Part shown: one piece after another, positions 46,201 to 54,481 of the stretch
Numbering within the stretch: position 1 is the stretch's first letter
How the letters are laid out: every line of letters begins with the position of its first letter
Source of the DNA: Moniliella sp. 'wahieum'
Taxonomy: Eukaryota
Direction of reading: 5' to 3'
DNA length: 54,481 nt
Assembly (NCBI GenBank): GCA_003971905.1
Contig: RSEE01000068.1
Coordinates: 62,001 to 116,481 of the forward strand
The notes under the pieces: generated by a model
Seen by the model: only the letters and a program-made list of their open reading frames with translations
What the model was told of the DNA's origin: nothing
Database searches by the model: none
Made by a program: the position numbers and the translations under genes

Positions 46201-48500
46201 GCTGCAGCCGCATCCAGAAGTGGCATGCCTTGTCCCACACGTAGCATCTGGGCTACTGCGCAATCTTGCCTCCGGGCCAGGTTGGACGCTGTCGTCCCGC
46301 CGCCGCCGAGGCTCCCACTGCGTTCCCAACACAGCGCAGAGTGTCGAACCAAGCAAGTCTCGACTCGCTGCATTCATCCGCCGGCTAAGCAATGTGCCTT
46401 CATAAGGGAAGTCCCCCTTCGCCGCCAAGGCTGTGTGCGCAGCGGCGCGCTCTGCAGGGGTCAAAGAGACGCCCATTCCATCGGGCGATGTGAATGGTGA
46501 GACAGTCAACGCCGAATCAGGCAAAAGGGGTTGTCGACCAGCTTGGGAAGGAGATGTGCAACGTGGGCATCGTCCCATTCCCACCCTAGGGTAATCTCGT
46601 GGGCTTTGCTAATGTCGGTAAGAGCAAAAATCCCAAACACCAATTCGGGTTCGACCGCCGTATCCAATACGGTAGGAGAGTGGGGCTGGGATGGAGATGA
46701 CGGGTTAGACGTGGCAGATGGATCGGGGAGCGTGGAGGACACAATCCTTTCTGGCAGGGTGCTGCTTGAGATGGAGGAAGGTGTGCGGCGGTAGAGAATA
46801 GGTCGCAAACCGCGTTGGGGTGGCACGAGAAACGAGCAAAGCGAGCCAGGTTACCATAGCTGCGCATATCAATGACCAAATCGAGGGGGGGAGGGAAAAG
46901 GTGGACGTGTGGCTTGGTGCAGCCAATTTTGAAGTACATGTTCTTCGGATCAGACGGTAGGCGCTTGCGCGTTTCAACACACCCTTCATCTCGGTAATGA
47001 AGCAGCCACTGGGGATATGTTGGTTGGCGAACAAGCCATGCATCACCGGGCGGCTAAAGGTGCGGGAGCAGACCAGGGGGGTAGTGGACTGTGGGCACCC
47101 ACATGAGGAGGTAGCACATCCTTGAAGATAGCTGCTGATGCCGTATCAGATATTTGCTTGACATAGATCCGCATCCCTAACTTGGCCAATGGAGATGGAG
47201 AGCTGATGGCCACGGGCATGCACTCGTTCCCCACAGCACACAGTCCCTCAGCAGGCGAAGTGGTAAGCTGCGCAGGAGTGCGGGACCTGGATCCCTCGTC
47301 CTCGGTGCCCTCGGTGTTCACAGCGGGAAACCGCTGGGCGACCGAAGTGTGGGGCTTGGCTTTGAGAACAGGGACGATCCATTTGCCACCCTGGTGATGA
47401 ACTGCTCTTAGAGGGGGCTCAGTCCCGGGAATACCAGGGGTAGCCGCCCAGCGCTGGAAGGGAAGCATGGCCGCCTCCAGCTGGGGCTTGAGGGTGGGGT
47501 CAGCGAGGATGTTGCGAGCGAGGGGGGTGAACTCAACGCGCCACGCTTCGGTCACAACGGGGGACTCGGAAGAGCCCCGCTCGTCGTCCTTTCGGCGAGG
47601 GGCACGACGCTGGAAAGCAGTGACACTGTTGCTGCGCGACCCCATCGCCTCAGGTGCCAAAGCTGATGGCGTGTGGGCGCCCGGACCCATTGCAGACGTG
47701 GAGGACTCATACCAAGAGGGGAAGCGTTACCAGGCAAGGATGGATGTGGCGCATTTCCCCCTCCTGTCTTGTCCTCCTGTCCCTGGAGCGAGACGGAGAG
47801 TTGATCGGGACTGGGAATTACGCTGGCGTTGACGCGCCGATGCTGGGAGATGGCGGCCTGGTACAGTTCATTGCGGCGGCGCTCGTCGTCGCGCTTTCGT
47901 GTTTGGATAGCGCGTGCGTAGGCAGCATCGACGCGTCTGTCAGGGTTGGGATCACAGCGCTCACACAGATAATCGTCGGGCACCATCGAAGGTGAGGTCA
48001 TGCCCATGCAGGCGCAATGTTGCCACACGAGACAGCGATCGCACTGGATGGTGAAGCCATCATCGTCGCTTATCTCGCAAATACATCTGATCCAGAAGAG
48101 GTAGAAGGGACGTGTTAGCGAATTCGAACGCGCGCGCGCGAGAGGCGTAACGTACCGGATGACATCGTCGGCTGGACGGTCGTCGTGGACGTCGTCGCCG
48201 CCTGCGGGGGCCGTCGTCATCGTTCCTGTTGCCATCGATGGCGTCGGGGGGCGGATCCTCGCGTTGGGAAGTGGAGTGCGCAGAGGGTGTTCGTGGGGGC
48301 TGCGGCGGGGGGCGAAGGGGGAGGCGGGCGGAGGAAGGCAGAGCGGCGTCGTCGTCGAGATGCTCGTCGGGGTCGTCGTAGGGACGCAGGTCGACGGGCC
48401 GCGCAGACGACGCGGAGGGCGGGACGACGGGGGGGAGGCGCAAGCGCAGCCATCCCGGGTGGTGGCAGGGGCGGCTGGCAGCAAGCCAAGACGGGGCGTG
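43300..48500 (-). CDS. SET3: PHD finger plus SET domain protein, Set3/Set4 (MLL5/UpSET) family; both ends approximate; intron ~48089-48155
   Basis: PHD '[30 protein letters not shown]...YLCERCDP'. SET '[16 protein letters not shown]', '[23 protein letters not shown]', '[23 protein letters not shown]'. Long low-complexity C-terminus with '[10 protein letters not shown]'. Confidence 0.85.
43492..43600 (-). repeat. About 12 copies of a degenerate 9-bp unit encoding (RDP/RDL)n
   Basis: Plus-strand units such as GGGTCACGA/GGGTCGCGT/AGGTCGCG; the minus strand reads '[12 protein letters not shown]...'. Confidence 0.8.
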
Positions 48501-49420
48501 GGGGATGGTGGTGGTGGTGGTGGTGGAAGGGCGGACGTGGCGGCGTCTGTCCGGTCGGCGTTTCCTCTGGCCGAGTGCCTGCGTTGCCTCTCGGCCGGCC
48601 AGCGCACCCAGCGCGCCCCGTGCCCCCTTGAAAAATTCCCGTCTGCTGAGGTAAGCCGCGCCCCCATTCCGCCCCAGGCCTGCTTTCGTATAAATTCCGG
48701 CCTTGGCCCGCTTCTTTTGCGACCATCTCCTGCCGGGCGCAGGGAGGGACCCCGAGGACAGTTGCTCTAGGCCTCACCCTCGCCCATTCAAGGCTCTACG
48801 GGCATACAGATGCTGTTGGTTGCAATGGCTACTCCAGGCGATGGCGGCAAGTTTGCTTTGGTCTCCACCCTCCAAATGGGGTTTGTTTTATTAGTCCTTT
48901 TGTTTCCTATTTTCCACAGCGTTTCCTCTCGCCTCCCGCCCATCTCTTCGTCACGGAAGAACGAAATAGTAGTCTGGCCCTGCGAGGGCTCCATGGAACA
49001 GCAGCCAGAGGCACCATGGCGCCACTGGGGATGTGCGTGTTGGCTGGCCAGTGCTTGAAGCTTGAAGCGTGCAGACAAGGTGCTGTTTCCGCTGCGCGGA
49101 GCGAGCCTAGCGAGGCCCCTCAACGAAGCGGTGGGCAGCACCACTCCACTGCACCGCACGGCGCCACACCCGCACAGGGCTAGGGTTGGCCCAGCTGCCT
49201 TGGGCCAGAGGACGCCGCAGGGAGCGGGATCGACGAGACTCGGAGGCGTAGACGAACACTGGCGCAGAGGCGCGCCCGTGCGCTCCCGGCCTTCCACGTT
49301 GCAGGGCGCAGTGCCCACCTCGGAGCCTGTCCCAGTCCTCTCCGCCCGGCGCAGGGCCAGTGAGCCACCCAAAGCTTCTTTGTGCGCGCGCCGCCTTGCC
49401 CCCCCTTCCAGCCGCCCAGC

Positions 49421-49426
49421 TATAAA
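49421..49426 (+). promoter_or_regulatory. TATA box of NDP kinase
   Basis: TATAAA ~60 bp upstream of ATG 49485, which has a CACCATG context. Confidence 0.55.
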
Positions 49427-49484
49427 GCTCCGCGGCCGTCCCGGCTCTCTCCCCCTTCCCACCACACACCTCTGTCTGTCCACC

Positions 49485-50062
49485 ATGTCGTCCCAGTCCA
49501 TTGCCGGTGTCACGGGCACGCCCAGCGAGCGCAGCTACATCATGATCAAGCCTGACGGCACTGCCCGCCAGCTCATCGGCGAGATCATCTCCACGTTCGA
49601 GAAGCGCGGCTACCTGCTCGCCGGCCTCAAGATGGTCGTGCCCAGCCAGGAGCTGGCCAAGAAGTACGTTCTCTTGCTCCAGTGTTTCCCCCTTGCTGCC
49701 CCTACCGATCCTGACTTGCCCCCCCCCCCTTTTCCAGGCACTACGCCGACCTTGCCGGCAAGCCCTTCTTCGCCGGGCTCGTCGAGTACATTACCTGCGG
49801 CACCCCCGTTGTCGCCATGGTCTGGCAGGGTACCGATGTGGTCAAGCAGGGCCGCAAGATGGTGGGTGCCACCAACCCGCTTGTTGCCGCTGACCAGCCC
49901 GGCAGCATCCGTGGCAAGTACGCCATCTCGGTCGGCCGCAACCTCATCCACGCCTCTGACTCGGCCGAGAGCGCGGAGAAGGAGATTAGCCTCTGGTTCA
50001 AGCCCGAGGAGCTTGCCTCGTACCAGACCGCCAACTTCTCCTGGATCTTTGCCGACAACTAA
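49485..50062 (+). CDS. NDK1: Nucleoside diphosphate kinase; intron 49664-49737; frame intact
   Basis: '[11 protein letters not shown]', '[12 protein letters not shown]', '[10 protein letters not shown]', 'PGSIRG', '[10 protein letters not shown]' (catalytic His), 'EISLWF'. Confidence 0.97.
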
Positions 50063-50502
50063 GCTGCCCCCTCAAGCTTCAAGCTTGTCCCCGGGTGTCG
50101 CTGACGTTGGCTGACGTTGCGTGATCAATGCACTGGTATTCCAAGTCCCATGGCTTCTGTGTAATAGTCGTCTTGTCATCTGCACAGCGCGCAGGATGCG
50201 TGTAGCCATTGTCAGTCAGTCCGGTCCAGGGCAGAGCGTCGAGTGGTTAATTGCACTGGGACACGCTGGCTTGATGGTTCCGAAGCTTCATGCATCCCAC
50301 GGTTGATTATAAATGGTTGAGACGCGAGAAGCCGCCCAGTCGGTGCAAGGGAGCGATTACGTCAGGATGCCGACGGCTGGTGGCGGCCAGAAGGACCGGA
50401 GGTAAGGCGGGCCGGGCGTATGGGCAAAGCGGCGGCTTGCGTATCGGAAGGGGGAGGAGACGCCCACACGTTCTTGCCACCCCACCACCACTTGTGTTCC
50501 CC

Positions 50503-51024
50503 ATGCTGCGCTCTGCCTTTGGCCTTGTGCGTTCCACCGTCCCGCTGCGTGCGGTCCCGCGTGCCGGTGCATCTGCATCGGTTGCTGCCATGCGCCCGGC
50601 CCTGTCGGCGGGCCAGGTGCGCCTGCTGTCGGCCGAGACGCGGTCCAAGATTGACGCGGCTGTCAAGGCCAAGCCGCTGGTCGTCTTTATCAAGGGCACA
50701 CTCGAAGCGCCCATGTGCGGATTCAGCCGCCGCGTGGTCACCATCCTCGACATGGCCGACGTGCCCCCTCCAAGATCCAGTCGTACAATGTCTTGGCGGA
50801 CGATGAGCTGCGGCAGAGCATGAAGGAGTACTCCGACTGGCCCACCTTCCCCCAGATGTACCTCGATGGCGAGTTTGTCGGAGGCGCAGACATTGTTGTG
50901 CAAAGTACGTGTGTTTTCTCAGGTGTGACAAGGATCGAATACTGACGTTGCATCTCGGTGGGTAGTGTACCAGTCCGGGGAGCTGAGCAAGGCCCTGAAA
51001 GACGCTGGGGTTACCACCAAGTAA
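50503..51024 (+). CDS. GRX5: Mitochondrial monothiol glutaredoxin; intron 50905-50965
   Basis: Presequence, 'VVFIKGT...PMCGFS', '[37 protein letters not shown]', 'MYQSGEL'. Confidence 0.93.
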
Positions 51025-51387
51025 TGCCTTATGCGCGTCCCTTCCATCTCCTGCTGTGGGCAGATGCATTGATCCTCTACTGTGCGCGTTGTTCTCCTGG
51101 GGGACTGGGTCGTTCTTTGTCATCTAGCCTATTAACAGACCGCTACTCATGCAGTGACAAGATCAGTTTGGGTACGAAGCGTATGTAGAGTCCCACATTG
51201 TGGAAAAAGAAGGGAAGCAGAAGGAATGGATAATGGCGAGGAGGAGCGACAAGCCCGCGAATCGGAACCCCCGGCCCCGTTCCCGCGCGGCAGCCACGAG
51301 CCTGGGGGGCAAGAGGAAACAAATACAGGTTAAGAGTCAGGAACAGGCAGGTCAAGATACATTTTCAGGACTCGAGAAACAATGCGA

Positions 51388-54300
51388 TCAAACGAAACAG
51401 GAACCAAGGCAAACTCCCATGCCAAAGGCATGAGATGCCCCTTTTCTGAGGGGGGGAACAACGACAGGGGGAATGGGGACAAACATCAAACCTGATGCAG
51501 CTGCACACCAACATTCTCTCATGGAGAGCCCCAACTCCCCAAGTCGGCGAAACAAAGAGAGAAAGCAGCAACAAGGGCCGAGGCGAATGGGACAAGGACG
51601 GTCTTCACATTGGCACTGCTCATCGCACAGGGAGGTGATGCGACGGACGATATCGAGAGCTAACTCAATACGGTTGTGGGCGTCGCTACCGACCGGTGCG
51701 GCCGTTTGCAGATTCTGGAGCAAAAGACTGTACTTCATTACACGTTGTGTCCTGCCAAACGGGTTCTGGTCAGTCAGCAAGTTCTCCTCGTGTTGCCCCA
51801 CGCACAAGCGACAAAGCAGCCATCATCCACGTACGGCATAATCACAATGTCAAACGGAGACAAGTCCTTGCCTATCGGTACCGTTTCCAGCCAGCTGGCG
51901 GACCCGAGCGCAGGCAAGCTGGCCTTACGTTTGGCCGTTGGCGGCCGCTCGCAAGGCCCGAGCGAGGCAGATGTCGCTGGCCACAAGTCCAGGTAGCCGA
52001 CAACAACGGCATCAACGTGGTCATTCCCATCGAGTCGCCCTGTACCCACCCCCCATCTCCCGCTGTGGGGGAACTTGAATCGTGCGACGGAAGCGTCGAT
52101 AGATGAAAGGACAAGCTGGCAAGGGACAAGTCGACCTCATCCAAGTCCAGAGCGTTTTCATCACGGTCCCTTGGGCGCGAGGCGAGGGCGCTGGCGAGGG
52201 CGAAGGTCGCGCTACATGGATCGTCGATGGGTTGGAAAGGTTGGGATGGGTCTCGCCCACGCAGCTGGTGGGACGAACGGAGATGAGCCGATGCGGAATC
52301 GAGTTGGATCGTCCGTCTCTTTTCGTTTTTTGGGCTTGGGGCACTCGAGCTCGAACGCACTGAGCCCGCTCATAACCTGGGGCACAACTTTGCTCCAGTC
52401 CACCAACGTTGCTTCCAGGTGGGCGCCACATCCGCAAATGCCATGCCTACCCCGGCGGCGGTGGCGTGAGCTCCAATGTGACAGGAGCCTCTTGCTCACC
52501 CCAATCACTCGCGGAAGAGTGGTAGCCAAGGTGATCAGATGGGAGGGAGGTGCACTCGCCGGCGCGTCCCCAGTTCCTGCTCCTGCTCCTGCTCTGGCGC
52601 CGCGTCGAGGCCTTCTGCCTCCTCGTTCTTGCCCAAGACAGCCCGAACGGTCGCCAAGAGGCCATCCATGTACCGCACATACGACCGTTCCCCCAGAATG
52701 AGTTCACGAATGACAAAGAGAGCGTGTACCTCTTTTCGCCACGCTGCGTCGTCAGTAAACGTCGACGACGGTCCACGGTCACCGAATCTTGGCCTGACAC
52801 TTGACCCACTCTGGCCAGCAGAGCAAAGGCCTCAGGATCGGGAATGGACTGGCGCTTCAGCAGCCCCGTGGCTGAACCGCTCCACGAACGAATTGGTTTG
52901 CGCTGCACCGATCCGACAGCGCCAGTGTCGTGCTCCAGCTTGGCACCGCTGGGTCAGACAGCTCCGGCAACGTGTCCGACGAAGTGACCGAGTTGGAGTG
53001 GTGTGATCCAGAGGCGGGGGCGCTTGGTGGCACGGGTGAACCGGTCGATGGGTCGCAACGTGCTCGGAATCCGAGGCGTCACGGAGCAAAGCTTCCCGCC
53101 ATATTGCGATGTGGGGTCCGAGGGCGAATGAGGGGACGTAATGGATTCAGGTGAGGGGTAAAAGCTGCTGCCGCATCTGTTCCGACCCCCCCCCTTGAGG
53201 TTGGTGTCCCGTCCTTTTGTCCGCTCCCCAGCCTGACCGCATCGTCGTCTGCGTCGAGCCCGATAAACTGCGAGAGGCGGTGATGCAGGGCGAATGGACG
53301 CTCCCTGTGCTCTGGCTGCTATCGGTCGACAAGGCGGACAAGGGCCGAAGCGGGTGGGTGGGGGACGCGCTGGTCTCGGTGGGCTGAAGAGGCGGGCTAG
53401 GAGAGGCCGCTGAGGCGGGAAAGGACGCACAGTAACTTTCTCGCAGCTGTTCCAGCAGCGCGTAGAAGGTAGCGTCGTCTCCAATGAAGGACAAGTGAGA
53501 TGGGTGGGCCGGCCGGGCCTCCGGTGCAGCAGGAGTAGTAGTGTCCAGGTGGGCATCTTCAGCCCCAGCCGGACCGAGCGGTGGCGGAGCGAGTGGGCGT
53601 GCGTGCCGAATCCTCCGCCAAACAAATCGGTCGTGATCGCAGCCGACAGCGCCGGGACGCGCTGGACAAGGCTGACCCGGCGGGTTTGTACACATTGCCG
53701 CCCCGGCAGGGCAGTGGAAGAGGACTCTAGCGTTGGTGCTTGTCGTGGTACTGCTGTCTGGGGCGGGGGCCGCAGGCTGGGGCAGGGCGTAGGCGTGGGT
53801 GGAGAGGGCTGGGTTCCGTCAGACGCATGGCTTGTCGTGCAGATGGGTGACCCCTGGGAAGAGGTGGTAGAACAGTCGGCAGAGGTATTTTCGATGGCTT
53901 TGCGCCGACTTTGACCGCGCCTGGGTGGAGGCGGAACAGAAATGGGATGAAGATCCCGAGGGCTGAGGGTGGGGTTCATTGGCAGGTTCGTTTGGGCGGC
54001 CAAGGCACTGCCGAATGCGCAAGAGCCGGCACAGTGGTCGGCCTGTTGCTCAGCAACTGCGCCTGCGAAAGCAGCTCCAAGAAGATGCGCCTCTCGCAGC
54101 GACAGAGCCCCTACGACCCAAACGGGCTCGCATCCCTGCACCGGCGTTGGCTTTTGTAATGGAAGAGTACCGGAAGAGAGGGCAAGGCGAAGTCGTCGCG
54201 CTTTTCTCGCTTCCCCCGCTTCCCTAATCTTTCGTACCATGATCGTTATGGCCTCTGCCACTCGGGACGTTGTCGCGGGCGTTGTCGCGGACGATGTCGG

Positions 54301-54428
54301 CGAAGTCAACGGACGCTTGGCGCGTGTTGCCTCGTTGTTGTGGGTAGTGTACACCAATGTGGAGATGGAACATTCGGATCGAGACCGACGTAGGGGGATG
54401 GAAGAGGAGACGGTGGGCGCGAGCATCA
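51388..54428 (-). CDS. Rho guanine nucleotide exchange factor (Dbl-homology domain) with a long disordered N-terminus; ends approximate, may begin beyond the window
   Basis: DH start 'VIRELILGERSYVRYM' (~52665-52715). DH end 'LSPFDIVIMP|TQRVMKYSLLLQNL...IELALDIVRRITSLCD', with an intron donor GTACGT at ~51834. Confidence 0.75.
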
Positions 54429-54481
54429 TAGTTGTAGTTCGGGCCAATCCGTCGCGTACCAAAGGACCTGAACCGGCTGGG

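Noticed and set aside
46810..46860. Non-canonical SET motif (RFSCHPN instead of NHSCxPN)
   Set aside because: Known property of the catalytically inactive Set3/MLL5 family; not novel.
9757..54428. A cytoskeleton/polarity supercluster (LC8-like genes, ARP2, SPA2, RhoGEF)
   Set aside because: The genes are spread over 45 kb among unrelated housekeeping genes; no evidence beyond chance.
1..54481. Pervasive frameshifts as mass pseudogenisation or programmed frameshifting
   Set aside because: They hit essential genes (ARP2, PDS5, UTP5), are mostly single-base losses in short runs, and leave the protein motifs conserved. This is typical of unpolished long-read error.

Overview
Gene-dense, GC-rich eukaryotic DNA from a basidiomycete fungus. 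The protein families and short GTACGT/GTATGT...CTRAC...YAG introns suggest Ustilaginomycotina (inference). Nearly every gene is broken by single-base indels, which points to an unpolished long-read assembly, so gene models were stitched across frames and many ends are approximate. Recognisable housekeeping genes in order: Pds5 (5'-truncated), Ubc6, a Def1/UBAP2L-like CUE protein, Arp2, Utp5, Myg1, Met2, two aldo-keto reductases, an intron-containing tRNA-Ile(AAU), a TilS-like PP-loop enzyme, Spa2, malic enzyme, a Set3-like PHD+SET protein, NDP kinase, Grx5 and a RhoGEF. Highlights: (1) two neighbouring paralogous genes (9.8-12.1 kb and 13.5-15.5 kb), each apparently encoding about four tandem, highly diverged dynein-light-chain (LC8)-fold domains, with three introns at the same position and phase in the repeat; (2) an intronless bacterial-type MarR-GNAT fusion gene between AT-richer flanks (candidate HGT); (3) an internally deleted relic of the complex I 75-kDa subunit; (4) the TilS-like gene head-to-head with the tRNA-Ile gene; (5) a palindrome-rich, inverted-repeat-bounded ~460 bp segment between the two AKR genes. 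All family assignments are by eye, without database searches.
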